From a virus: DNA of 64,000 bases. The DNA lies in IMG/VR virus record IMGVR_UViG_3300009158_000048, positions 3,579 to 67,578 of that record; one strand, written 5' to 3'. The notes below the pieces were generated by a model, which saw only the letters and a program-made list of their open reading frames with translations, was not told the DNA's origin and did not search any database. The position numbers were made by a program, and so were the translations under genes. Positions 10,931-20,425 of this stretch are shown one piece after another. Numbering within the stretch: position 1 is the first letter of the stretch; each line of letters begins with the position of its first letter.

Positions 10931-11110
10931 ATGGCACAATACACAACTGGGAAAATTAACAACCCAAATGCAAGCGTAGAAGTACAAAAAGTTCCTGGTA
11001 GTAAAGGAGTATTTGTTAATCTTAATCAACCAGCTACTGTACAAACAGTTGCTAAAGGAAGATCAGGTGGAACAAGTGTAGCTCCTAAATCAGCTGAACC
11101 AGGGAAATAA
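10931..11110 (+). CDS. 59-aa basic protein (not in ORF track)
   Basis: ATG 10931 to TAA 11110 gives MAQYTTGKINNPNASVEVQKVPGSKGVFVNLNQPATVQTVAKGRSGGTSVAPKSAEPGK. It fills the gap exactly and resembles the C-terminus of the upstream protein. Confidence 0.75.
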   Translation: MAQYTTGKINNPNASVEVQKVPGSKGVFVNLNQPATVQTVAKGRSGGTSVAPKSAEPGK

Positions 11111-11115
11111 TTATT

Positions 11116-11454
11116 ATGCCTAAAGATGCATGTTATTCTAAAGTAAAAGCACAGTACGCTGTGTTTCCTTCAGCTAGAGCTTCTCAAGCAATTGCCAAAT
11201 GCCGTAAAGGTTCTGGTACTGTTAGAAAGACAAAAGCTGGAGCAGACTTGAAAAGATGGCAAGCAGAGAAATGGCAAGATACAAAATCAGGAAAAGCTTG
11301 TGGAGCCGGTGGTAAAAATGAATACTGCCGGCCAACAAGAAAAGTATCTAAGGATACACCTAAAACAAAGTATGAACTAACTCCTTCTAAACTAGCTGCT
11401 AAAAAAGCTGAGAAGTCTAAAGTAGGAATGGGAAGAAGAGTTAAAAATGTATAG
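11116..11454 (+). CDS. small basic protein (KDACY..VK / LKRW..EKW.D type)
   Basis: Recognised from memory as a small-protein type seen in aquatic phages; Cys- and Lys-rich. Confidence 0.65.
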   Translation: MPKDACYSKVKAQYAVFPSARASQAIAKCRKGSGTVRKTKAGADLKRWQAEKWQDTKSGKACGAGGKNEYCRPTRKVSKDTPKTKYELTPSKLAAKKAEKSKVGMGRRVKNV

Positions 11455-11456
11455 TT

Positions 11457-11684
11457 ATGGCAATTAGAAAAACAACGGCTAAGAAAACGCCTGCTAAGAA
11501 GGCATCAGTAAGCACAACTATTTCTGCAACACCAAAAGCAGAAATGAGAAAATGGGAAATTGAATCTGCTTTAAGTACATTAAAGAGAGCAGATGAGATT
11601 AGAAAAAATACTAAGATGATGGCTGATGTTAAAAAATTAGCTCAGGAACAAATGAATGTTCTTAAAACTTTTGGAACTAAATAA
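11457..11684 (+). CDS. small basic hypothetical protein
   Basis: Tightly packed ORF with a K/A/T-rich N-terminus and helical C-terminus. Confidence 0.65.
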   Translation: MAIRKTTAKKTPAKKASVSTTISATPKAEMRKWEIESALSTLKRADEIRKNTKMMADVKKLAQEQMNVLKTFGTK

Positions 11685-11686
11685 TC

Positions 11687-12205
11687 ATGGCACAGGCAAA
11701 AACTAAGAAAGTAAAAGTTACTGCAGGTGGTGAAAAACATGTAATTTATAAAAAGACTACAAAGAGAGGAGAAGGAAAAGTTGGTGACATTATGGTAAAT
11801 CATCCTACTACAGATAAAGGAGTATGGGATACTATTGACTTAACAAAAAAAGCAGGAGCTAAAACTGTTAAGCAAGGTGTTGCATCAACTAAGAAATGGC
11901 ATAAAGAAAATCCTTATCCTAAAATGGCAAAAGGAGGTTCTACACCAGCATGGACAAGATCAGAAGGTAAGAATCCAACAGGTGGATTAAATGCAAAGGG
12001 AGTAGCTAGTTATAGAGCAGCAAATCCTGGAAGCAAACTTCAGACAGCTGTGACAACTAAACCATCAAAACTTAAACCTGGAAGCAAAGATGCTAACAGG
12101 CGCAAAAGTTTTTGTGCTAGAATGTCAGGGATGCCTGGACCAATGAAAGATGAAAAAGGAAGACCAACTAGAAAGGCTCTTTCTTTAAGAAAATGGAACT
12201 GTTAA
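11687..12205 (+). CDS. basic two-module protein, C-terminal module DUF6321-like
   Basis: C-terminal module TPAWTRSEGKNPTGGLNAKG...RRKSFCARMSGM...LRKWNC starts right after the KMAKGG linker; family name recalled from memory. Confidence 0.6.
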   Translation: MAQAKTKKVKVTAGGEKHVIYKKTTKRGEGKVGDIMVNHPTTDKGVWDTIDLTKKAGAKTVKQGVASTKKWHKENPYPKMAKGGSTPAWTRSEGKNPTGGLNAKGVASYRAANPGSKLQTAVTTKPSKLKPGSKDANRRKSFCARMSGMPGPMKDEKGRPTRKALSLRKWNC

Positions 12206-12217
12206 AATATATATATC

Positions 12218-12670
12218 ATGGCAACAAAAAAATGTATGAGCTGCGGAGGCTCAATGAGTAAAATGAAAAAAGGTGGATCAAGTAAATCTTGTCCTCCAGG
12301 ATATCACTGGACCGCTGGAGGTTGTGATAAAACAACTCCTCAATCTAAAGGCCCCTTATCATCTGCTAGTGCTAGATTAGGTCTAGGTACTATAGTAGGA
12401 ATAGCCGCTTCTGGTATTACTGCTGCCCTTGCAAAAAAGAGAGCTGCAAAGAAACTTGAAAAAGAAGTTGCTGCTAAAAAAGCAGAAATGACAAAGCAGA
12501 AAAAAGGCGGAGCTATTAAGAAATATGCAATGGGAGGTTTTGCTCCTGCACAAAAAGGTGGTAGCAATACTAAAATGGGAATTTATGGAATTCCTAACGC
12601 AGGTGGAACCGGACCTGAAACAATGAAGAAAGGTGGTGCAATGAAATCTAAAACAATTAAAAAGAAATAG
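12218..12670 (+). CDS. Lys-rich xxxGG-repeat protein with one hydrophobic segment
   Basis: Five xxxGG motifs, a CPPGYHW...C mini-module, and hydrophobic LGLGTIVGIAASGITAALA. Confidence 0.65.
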   Translation: MATKKCMSCGGSMSKMKKGGSSKSCPPGYHWTAGGCDKTTPQSKGPLSSASARLGLGTIVGIAASGITAALAKKRAAKKLEKEVAAKKAEMTKQKKGGAIKKYAMGGFAPAQKGGSNTKMGIYGIPNAGGTGPETMKKGGAMKSKTIKKK

Positions 12671-12672
12671 TT

Positions 12673-13044
12673 ATGGCAACAATGGATGATTCATGTATGG
12701 AAACTGTCATGGTAGACGGTAAACCAAAAAGAAGAAAAAAGAAAAGTGGATGTAAACAAACATTTGGGCGTAGAAGTATTCCTGAAGGAGTTAAAAAAGT
12801 AGCAAAAGCTGCAGCTGTAATTGGAGGGGGTGCCTTAGCCTATGCTAAAAATGCATTTGGTGTAAAAGATAAAGTTAAAGAACTTATGGGTCAGAAGAAA
12901 GGTGGAGCTGTTAAGAAAATGGCTAAAGGTGGTTCATTAAAACCAGTTCCTTCAGACAAATCAAATTCACTTGGTAAATTACCTACAGCTGTAAGAAACA
13001 AAATGGGCTTTCAGAAAAAAGGTGGTACAGTTAAAAAGAAATAA
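12673..13044 (+). CDS. Lys-rich xxxGG-repeat protein
   Basis: QKKGG, MAKGG, QKKGG; module LKPVP...LGKLPTAVRNKMGF lies between two GG motifs. Confidence 0.65.
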   Translation: MATMDDSCMETVMVDGKPKRRKKKSGCKQTFGRRSIPEGVKKVAKAAAVIGGGALAYAKNAFGVKDKVKELMGQKKGGAVKKMAKGGSLKPVPSDKSNSLGKLPTAVRNKMGFQKKGGTVKKK

Positions 13045-13046
13045 TC

Positions 13047-13334
13047 ATGGCAACTAGAGCTGTAAAAACTTCTTGTAAAAACACAAAGGTAAGATCTGCT
13101 AGCGGGTCATGTGTTAAAGAAAGACCATCAATGAAGAAGGGTGGTCAAACTGCTAAGTTAGCAGAAGCTCCTGTTATGTTAATGAAGAAAGGTGGGTCTA
13201 CTGATAAAAAATGGATTCAAAAAGCAATCAATCCTGCACACAAAGGATATTGCACACCAATGACTAAACCTACATGTACACCAAAGAGAAAAGCTTTGGC
13301 TATCACATTAAAAAAAATGGCTAAAAATAGATAA
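13047..13334 (+). CDS. Lys-rich xxxGG-repeat protein
   Basis: MKKGG x2 followed by a KWIQKAI...KRKALAITLKKM module. Confidence 0.65.
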   Translation: MATRAVKTSCKNTKVRSASGSCVKERPSMKKGGQTAKLAEAPVMLMKKGGSTDKKWIQKAINPAHKGYCTPMTKPTCTPKRKALAITLKKMAKNR

Positions 13335-13335
13335 C

Positions 13336-13962
13336 ATGAAAAAGACAAATAAAACAAATCCTATTACTTGGTTTAGGGAACAAAATGAAAAAAGAGAAAA
13401 GCTTGTTAAAGGCTCTATGAAGAAGTTTGCAATGGGCGGACCTGAAGGAGGACCTGAAGATCCACCAACAGTACCAGCAGCTCCTAAACCAACTGATACA
13501 AATAGTTCTACTACTACTGATGCAGCATCTGCAGAAGCTGCTGCAGCTAAAGCAAAAGCAGCAAGAGATGCGGCAATTGCTGCAAAGATGGCTCAAAGTG
13601 GTAAACAAAAAAGACAACTTAATAAAGCTACAAGACAAGTAAATAGAGATGATATTAGACAGGCTAAAGTTGAAAAGAAAAAAGAAGATATAAAGTCTGG
13701 TGCACATGGTGAAAAAACTGCTAAAAGACTAGATATTCTTTCTAATACTCTTGGTATAGTTGATAAATCTTTAGGAGTAATTAATAAAGGAAAAGAAACA
13801 TTTGGTCCTCAAAGAAAAGGTGGTGCTATTAAAAAAATGGGTTATGGTGGAATACCTGAAATGCCTAAGAAAAAAGCAGTAAGACCTGTAGCACCTTCTA
13901 CTAGCCCTGGTCCAATTGGAAAAATAAAAAAGGGTGGATCCGTTACCCGTAAAAAAAGATAA
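13336..13962 (+). CDS. Lys/Ala-rich xxxGG-repeat protein
   Basis: FAMGG, QRKGG, MGYGG, IKKGG motifs. Confidence 0.65.
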   Translation: MKKTNKTNPITWFREQNEKREKLVKGSMKKFAMGGPEGGPEDPPTVPAAPKPTDTNSSTTTDAASAEAAAAKAKAARDAAIAAKMAQSGKQKRQLNKATRQVNRDDIRQAKVEKKKEDIKSGAHGEKTAKRLDILSNTLGIVDKSLGVINKGKETFGPQRKGGAIKKMGYGGIPEMPKKKAVRPVAPSTSPGPIGKIKKGGSVTRKKR

Positions 13963-13965
13963 GAA

Positions 13966-14664
13966 ATGCTTAATAGCACTATCACCATAAAAATGAAGCA
14001 AAGGCTTAACAAGCTTGACAGCAATGACTATGATAACATAGAGTGCTGGCAAGTTGTTGAGGTTTTCAATAAGGCTCAGGTTGAATGGACCCGGAGACAA
14101 CTGCATGGTATTAACCAGGTAAGGGAAGGTGATGAACAATCCACTAGAAGAAAGGATGATTTACAAGTATTATTAAGTACACAAACTTTAACATTAGCAG
14201 ATAAAGAATATTACTATACAGGTAATATTCCAGCTGAATATCTAGAATGGAAACGTGTTGATGTTAATGCTAAAAAAGATTGTTGTGAGAAAAGAAGAAT
14301 GACTGTTTATTTAGCTGAAGAGGGTAACCTTAATCAGTTATTAAGGGATGCAAATAAAAGACCTGATTTTGTTTGGGGAGAGACATTTGCTACCCTAATA
14401 GGCAACACTGTACATATCTACACAAACAATGAATTTGAAATACAATCCGCAGATTTAGTATATTACCGTCAACCAATTAAGATACAAATACAAGGTTGTG
14501 TTGACCCTTATACAAGTGTAGAATCTCCTGTAAATGTACCATGTGAATTTAAGGATGATATAATTGAATTAATAATTGATGAAGCTGTTGCAATACTTGC
14601 CGGTGATATTGAGTCTAGCAACCAATACACAAGAGGTACTGAAGGGGCGGAACGTAACAACTAA
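13966..14664 (+). CDS. putative tail ring / head-tail connector protein
   Basis: 232 aa with an N-terminal helix ending FNKAQ, Y(Y)RQP and a C-terminal IIDEAV helix, as in crAss-like ring proteins; synteny. Confidence 0.55.
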   Translation: MLNSTITIKMKQRLNKLDSNDYDNIECWQVVEVFNKAQVEWTRRQLHGINQVREGDEQSTRRKDDLQVLLSTQTLTLADKEYYYTGNIPAEYLEWKRVDVNAKKDCCEKRRMTVYLAEEGNLNQLLRDANKRPDFVWGETFATLIGNTVHIYTNNEFEIQSADLVYYRQPIKIQIQGCVDPYTSVESPVNVPCEFKDDIIELIIDEAVAILAGDIESSNQYTRGTEGAERNN

Positions 14665-14669
14665 AAATA

Positions 14670-15122
14670 ATGGATAAACCTAGAATGTTAAAAAGAGATG
14701 CGGTGTCAGGTACATCATACTCAAGTGCACCTGCAGGTGGAAGTTGTGATACAATGACTGCAGCTTGTGTATCAGAGTTAATGAATGCTGGAACAAGTTT
14801 TCATAAGTTACATCTTAAAGTAACTGGTACTGGATCATATGCAGCTCATAAAGCTCTTAATGATTTATATGATGCAATGCCTGAACATGCTGATGCTTTA
14901 GCAGAAGGATACCAGGGAGCAGCAGAAATGTTACTTACTTATTCTGAGTCAGCTCCTAGAACTTTAAATAGTGTAGAAGATGCATTAGGATATATTAGAG
15001 ACATGATAAGTATGGTATCTAACTTACAAGCTAAAATGCCTTACTCTGAAATAGTAAATGAACTTGACACAGTTAAGTCAACATTAAACTCAGCTAAATA
15101 TAAATTAAAGTTCTTGAAATAA
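14670..15122 (+). CDS. ferritin/Dps-like four-helix protein
   Basis: HKLHLKVTG..SYAAHKALNDLYD...HADALAEGYQG matches the Dps ferroxidase-centre pattern (H...D..AE). Confidence 0.7.
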   Translation: MDKPRMLKRDAVSGTSYSSAPAGGSCDTMTAACVSELMNAGTSFHKLHLKVTGTGSYAAHKALNDLYDAMPEHADALAEGYQGAAEMLLTYSESAPRTLNSVEDALGYIRDMISMVSNLQAKMPYSEIVNELDTVKSTLNSAKYKLKFLK

Positions 15123-15124
15123 TT

Positions 15125-15154
15125 TTGTTATATCAAAAACTTTTACTATATTAT
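15125..15154 (+). promoter_or_regulatory. candidate promoter TTG-N19-TATATTAT
   Basis: Intergenic element resembling the Bacteroidota -33/-7 promoter architecture. Confidence 0.5.
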
Positions 15155-15188
15155 AGTATATTATATTATTAACTAAAAACAAAACAAA

Positions 15189-16838
15189 ATGGCTTATTTT
15201 AATCATGCTTTTAAGAAAGCATTTCTTGCCACAGGCGGGACACAAATCGGTACAGTAATTACATATCCTAATGGTAGTACTACAACAGCTACTACATCTG
15301 AAGGTTATTTAACTACTCAAGGTTTACCAACTTATGCACTTAACCAATTATCTGCAAATGCTGCATCTGCAACTACTGATGGATATATTGGATGGTTTGA
15401 CCCAAAATTAAATGTATCTGTTGATATCAATAATGAAGGATTTGCACCTTGTTGTAATTTATATCTTGCTGGTTCAGCAATTTATTCTAATGACAAGATC
15501 GGTCCTTTAACTGGTGGTTATCAAGAGACTAACAAGTCTAAAATGGTTAACCCTAAATATGTATCTAGATTTTATTCAGTAGAGCCATGTACTCCACAAA
15601 ACAATATAATCCATGTAGGTTCTACATATTGGACTGCAGGTGGTGGTGTATTAAGTCAAACTATTCTTGTTAATGGTTCAGGTTATGCTCTTATAGGTGT
15701 TACTACTACAACTGGTGGTACAGGTGAAGGATTAGTTGTTTCTTTTACTGCCGATGGTGGTGGTAATGTTTTAACAGTAGCTGTTCTTAATCCAGGAAAA
15801 GGATATACTGCTGGTGATGTAGTAACTTTAGTTGGTGGTGGTAATGATGCTACATTAACTATTAATACAGTAACTGCAGCTCATGCTCAAGAAGGATGTG
15901 GAATTTCTCCAGATTGCTGTAAAGAATATTTATGTGGTGAGACTTACTCTTTACGTTTAGATGTAAAAGGTTCTCCAGCTTTGAGATTCTTAAATCACAA
16001 TGCATACAATACTGTTGATGCTTATACAGGATGTTGTCCAGCAGATGCAATTGCTCCAGTTGCAGTTGACTCTACTGAGGTAATGATCTTATGGGCAAAT
16101 GGTTTAACTACTAATCCAATTGTTGGTCCTTTTGTACAAATTGTTGTACAAGCTGAAGACGGAACATTATGGTATGCTCCAGGAACATCTGCTGCTTTCT
16201 TAGCTGCTAATGGTGCTGATACTTGGGATAACTATGTATCTCCAGGACACGTTGTTGATGCTTGTGCAGGTTTAATCTTAAATGGTGCTTATGTTGATAC
16301 TAAATTTGGTGACTGTACATTCCAATTATCTGACTTCTATGAAAAAGAGCCAGTTAGATTGTACGCATCAGAAGTAGATTTAAATGGTGACCCATGTGCA
16401 TTTACTACTCTTTGCGTAGTAACAGAATGTCAAGGTCTTCAAGTTCAAGGTTTAGGAGAAACAGTAGTAAGAGAATTGACTATGTCAGAATCTTACAGAC
16501 AAAACTTCTTAGCAACTGACTTTAGGATCCGTGAGATTACTCAAGGAAACCAAATCATTAGTTCTATTGATAGAAGTGCATTATACTACAGATATATTTT
16601 ACAACACAATGTTCCAAGAAATTATAATCCTTCTGGTACATTTGATGCTGATCAGTACTTATTAGAAGTATACTCTTTAGAATCTTTAAATACATTCTTT
16701 GATGATACTGCTGGATGGTTAGATTCTTGTGGTGTATGTGAGATTGATCAATACGCTTGTAATTCAGTATGTAAAGTTCCAATTGCATTCCCTGCTGTAC
16801 CAGTATACAATCCGTACAATGTAGTTTCTTGTAACTAA
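15189..16838 (+). CDS. structural protein, probable auxiliary capsid protein
   Basis: Has its own promoter-like element and terminator (highly expressed); Cys-rich; GSGY/GKGY beta insert; crAss-like synteny. Confidence 0.5.
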   Translation: MAYFNHAFKKAFLATGGTQIGTVITYPNGSTTTATTSEGYLTTQGLPTYALNQLSANAASATTDGYIGWFDPKLNVSVDINNEGFAPCCNLYLAGSAIYSNDKIGPLTGGYQETNKSKMVNPKYVSRFYSVEPCTPQNNIIHVGSTYWTAGGGVLSQTILVNGSGYALIGVTTTTGGTGEGLVVSFTADGGGNVLTVAVLNPGKGYTAGDVVTLVGGGNDATLTINTVTAAHAQEGCGISPDCCKEYLCGETYSLRLDVKGSPALRFLNHNAYNTVDAYTGCCPADAIAPVAVDSTEVMILWANGLTTNPIVGPFVQIVVQAEDGTLWYAPGTSAAFLAANGADTWDNYVSPGHVVDACAGLILNGAYVDTKFGDCTFQLSDFYEKEPVRLYASEVDLNGDPCAFTTLCVVTECQGLQVQGLGETVVRELTMSESYRQNFLATDFRIREITQGNQIISSIDRSALYYRYILQHNVPRNYNPSGTFDADQYLLEVYSLESLNTFFDDTAGWLDSCGVCEIDQYACNSVCKVPIAFPAVPVYNPYNVVSCN

Positions 16839-16863
16839 TCAAGTAACTCAATTTTAAAAACAT

Positions 16864-16901
16864 AAAGGGGAGCTGAGTTTCAAACTCCTCCCCTTTTTTT
16901 T
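16864..16901 (+). terminator. rho-independent terminator
   Basis: AAAGGGGAG...CTCCCCTTT stem followed by a T run. Confidence 0.85.
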
Positions 16902-16912
16902 ATACAATACTT

Positions 16913-17473
16913 ATGGCTAATCACGTATTAAGTTTAGAGGTCCCTACAGTAATGAACACTTGTATCATGACTATTTTTGATACTAGTGTCTATTCTACAT
17001 TGTTAACTATAAGCTGTCCTACATTACATATTACTGTACCGGGATTTACTTATTCAAATGAAATTACTGGAACAACTATGACTGACTTTGTAAACTACGG
17101 GCATTTAAATGTAACTGCTTGTAATTTACAATTACAAACCCAAGATTGTGGTACTAGTTACACAGATATTCCAGATGGTATTTACATTATTAAATATACT
17201 GTAGAACCAGCTGCTCAAGTGTATGTAGAGTATAACCACTTGAGAATATCAAAAGCATTAAATAAATACAATAAAATTTTATGTAGTGTGGATGCAAATG
17301 CATGTGATCCACCATTTAAAATAAAACAACAACTTGAAGCATTAAGATTAATTAATATGTATCTTCAAGCAGCAAAAGCTAAAGTAGAAACTTGTCATGA
17401 GCCACAGAAAGGTATGAGCTTATACAACTATGCACTTAAGCTTTTAAATAAAATGGATTGTGTGAATTGTTAA
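16913..17473 (+). CDS. putative tail hub / fibre-attachment protein
   Basis: IPDGIYIIKY motif and helical C-terminus; position after the auxiliary capsid gene. Confidence 0.45.
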   Translation: MANHVLSLEVPTVMNTCIMTIFDTSVYSTLLTISCPTLHITVPGFTYSNEITGTTMTDFVNYGHLNVTACNLQLQTQDCGTSYTDIPDGIYIIKYTVEPAAQVYVEYNHLRISKALNKYNKILCSVDANACDPPFKIKQQLEALRLINMYLQAAKAKVETCHEPQKGMSLYNYALKLLNKMDCVNC

Positions 17474-17493
17474 ATTATTAAAACCAACTAATT

Positions 17494-17697
17494 ATGTCAA
17501 ATAGTAAATGTCCAAATTGTGGAGCAAGAATGTCCTGTGGATGTCAAAGAAGACAAGCATCAAATGGAGCTAGTGCTTGTTCAAGTTGTTTAAGTGCTTT
17601 AGAAGCACAGATTAAAGTATTAAAACAAGCTACTGCAACAACTACTCCAACAACTATTCAACCACAATGGGGAGCTAATAGATACAAAACAAAATAA
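17494..17697 (+). CDS. small Cys-rich protein
   Basis: CPNC..CGC..CSSC in 67 aa; fills the gap between genes and has an A-rich leader. Confidence 0.6.
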   Translation: MSNSKCPNCGARMSCGCQRRQASNGASACSSCLSALEAQIKVLKQATATTTPTTIQPQWGANRYKTK

Positions 17698-17701
17698 TAA
17701 A

Positions 17702-20392
17702 ATGTCAGCACTAGTACCATATTATTCAATTACAAGTTGTTGTGATCAAAGTACAACTCAAGGATTTTTTACAATTCCTGGAAGTACAGTTGTTGTAACT
17801 GATGGGGTATATACATTTACTGGTATAACTTTTTTAGAAGGAAGTACAGGTATGTGGTTCTATTCTGGATTTTGTTATACAATACAATATGCTGGTACTA
17901 CTTTAGGTGTATATCCACCTGCATTTAATTATTTGGATGTATTTCCTGCAGCAGGAGATACGTGTTCATCATCAGATTGTACAGAATGTAGTACTCCTGT
18001 TGCAACAGCATACTCAGTATATAATTGTTGTGATGCGGCTGTAATAGTTAATTTAAATATAGATTTAACTGGTTGTTTAGGAGTAGTTGATGGTGTTTGG
18101 GTATATGATGGAAATGGTTTTTCAACTGATAGTGGTTTTGAATTTGTTAGGGGGGACTGTTACAACTTTACACAAATAGAAGATGGTGTATATGAAAATG
18201 GTCCACCTTGTTATGAGTTTACTACATATGATAGTACTTGTCAAGAGCAACAAGCTGGTGGTAAGTGTCCTGCATGTGACCTAGGATTACAATACTTAAA
18301 ATTCCAAAGTTGTTGTTCTGAAAATTATATATTATTCAGGGGATCTGATGTTGCTTCATACTATGGAGTTAGAGAATACTTAGGAGCTTTAGTAAATGGA
18401 TTAGAAAATATTTGTTATTCAATTACTATTGGTAATGTAGGTGATCTCTTTGTTCCTGATGTACCAGCATTTAATGCATTACCATTTCCTCCAGCATATA
18501 TTGAAGGAGTAACTTTTAGTATATTATCTAATGAAGATACAGATTGTACTTTATATACTGCACAATGTCCAAGTTGTTATCCTCTTCCCTGTTATACATT
18601 GTATAATTGTGACGGAGAATCTTTTAACACTACAATAGACCTATCAGGATATCTAAATTCATTTATTACTATTATTGATGCATTAGGTGTAGCAAGTGGT
18701 CCTTGGTTTGTTGTAGAAAATAATGATACATGTGATGGTGCAATAGATACATTTACTGTAGATCCTGTAACACCAGATCCTTGTATACCAATGTGTTATG
18801 ATATACAAGGGACAGGCACAGTAATATATATTGGTTATGATTTAGAATTAACTAGAGATTATTTACCAATTAAAATTTGTTCTTATATATATCCTCAAGT
18901 TACAGGATCATTTACTATTACAGAATATGGTGAATGTACATTTAATGAAACAGGATTAGAGTGTCCAGAACTTTGTTTTTTATTAACAAACTGTGAAGAC
19001 CCTCTTATAACTTATAATTCAAACTCACAAAACTTACTTAACAATGTTGGAGAAGTTGTAACTATAGCTGGTTATGATGGTTGTTGGGAAGTTTCTATTA
19101 ATGATGGTATATGTGATTGTCCTATTAATGTTATTGTATTAACAAGTTCAGTAGACTGTGAAACGTGTAAGACTTTAATTGCTTATAAATTAACTAATTG
19201 TGATAATCCCTTTTCTATACAATATACATATGATGATTTATCACAGTATGTAGGACAAACAGTTCTCACAGATTGTGGTTGTTTCATAGTGGAGTTAATT
19301 AACTTTGCTCCTCCTGCTATACAACCTATTGTAATAATTACAGCTTTTGATAATTGTGTGGATTGTAAAAGACCATACTATAAGTTATTAGACTGTAATA
19401 CACCAAAGGAGATTTATACATTTAGTGATTTAAGTCAATATGTTGGTACAGTAGTAAAGATTGCAAACTGTGATGAATGTTGGACAGTATCAGAAACAGA
19501 TGTTCCTATCAATCCAGGTATTGTAACAGTTATTAGTTCTCACATAAATTGTATTAGTTGTGTTACAACAGCACCTTGTATTTGTTCTAATGTAAGAAAT
19601 GATAATGCTATTGCATACACATATGATTACATTGACTGTTATGGGGCAACTCAATCAGTAACTGTACAACCAGGAGAAACAAGTCCTAAGATTTGTTTAA
19701 TTAAATGGTTAGAACCAGAAGGATGTGAGTGTATAATTAAGACAGTAACTATTGGATCTAGTGTAACTAGTAATGTGTTGAATGCATCAGGTGTTTTAAT
19801 CAATTTTAAAAATTCTTGGGATGCATTTCCAAGTGGGTCATTATATATTTATTATGATGGTACTCAATGGATTATGAATGATTCTGCGGAAAATCCCGCA
19901 TATTATTTACTACCATCAAAATCTGATTGTCCAGCAGGAACATGGCATCCGGTATCAAGTATTCCTGTAGCAGATGCTATAACAATATCAACAGTCTCTT
20001 GTCAAGGTTTTTATCAATACTTTGGAGACTGTACTAATGGAGTATGTCCTGCTCCAATATATCATTTAAGAACTGTAAAACCTGGATACAATACTCCAGC
20101 ATGTAGTGCAGAAAAATATGAAAGAATCTCATGTAAGGCAGCTCAGATACTTTATAGAAATGTTCTTACATTAAGATATGGAATAAGTAACTGTTGTCCC
20201 GAAGATGATGAGTATTGGTTAATTAAAAAAGAATTAATAGACTTAGCAGCTTTATATAATCCAGATTATCCATGTGCACCAAATAATCCATGTGGATGTG
20301 GATGTGGTAGTCAAGGAAGTTGTGGTTCAAGTTGTGGGTGCGGACAACCAGATGATTGCTCATGTAATCAACTAAGAAGTTGCAATTCTTAA
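17702..20392 (+). CDS. Cys-rich repeat structural protein (fibre/hub-like)
   Basis: Three N-terminal Y...(S/N)CC(D/S) repeats, four Y.L.NC...DLS.YVG..V repeats, and a Cys/Gly tail. Confidence 0.6.
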   Translation: MSALVPYYSITSCCDQSTTQGFFTIPGSTVVVTDGVYTFTGITFLEGSTGMWFYSGFCYTIQYAGTTLGVYPPAFNYLDVFPAAGDTCSSSDCTECSTPVATAYSVYNCCDAAVIVNLNIDLTGCLGVVDGVWVYDGNGFSTDSGFEFVRGDCYNFTQIEDGVYENGPPCYEFTTYDSTCQEQQAGGKCPACDLGLQYLKFQSCCSENYILFRGSDVASYYGVREYLGALVNGLENICYSITIGNVGDLFVPDVPAFNALPFPPAYIEGVTFSILSNEDTDCTLYTAQCPSCYPLPCYTLYNCDGESFNTTIDLSGYLNSFITIIDALGVASGPWFVVENNDTCDGAIDTFTVDPVTPDPCIPMCYDIQGTGTVIYIGYDLELTRDYLPIKICSYIYPQVTGSFTITEYGECTFNETGLECPELCFLLTNCEDPLITYNSNSQNLLNNVGEVVTIAGYDGCWEVSINDGICDCPINVIVLTSSVDCETCKTLIAYKLTNCDNPFSIQYTYDDLSQYVGQTVLTDCGCFIVELINFAPPAIQPIVIITAFDNCVDCKRPYYKLLDCNTPKEIYTFSDLSQYVGTVVKIANCDECWTVSETDVPINPGIVTVISSHINCISCVTTAPCICSNVRNDNAIAYTYDYIDCYGATQSVTVQPGETSPKICLIKWLEPEGCECIIKTVTIGSSVTSNVLNASGVLINFKNSWDAFPSGSLYIYYDGTQWIMNDSAENPAYYLLPSKSDCPAGTWHPVSSIPVADAITISTVSCQGFYQYFGDCTNGVCPAPIYHLRTVKPGYNTPACSAEKYERISCKAAQILYRNVLTLRYGISNCCPEDDEYWLIKKELIDLAALYNPDYPCAPNNPCGCGCGSQGSCGSSCGCGQPDDCSCNQLRSCNS

Positions 20393-20410
20393 TTATAATT
20401 TGTATATTAT
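20380..20410 (+). promoter_or_regulatory. candidate promoter TTG-N20-TATATTAT
   Basis: Same motif and spacing as at 15125 and 22747. Confidence 0.45.
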
Positions 20411-20425
20411 ATTAATAGTAAAAAT

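Noticed and set aside
10281-13962. Possible CRISPR array or DNA tandem repeat behind the AAAGGTGG recurrences
   Set aside because: The repeats are degenerate at synonymous positions and irregularly spaced, so conservation is at the peptide level.
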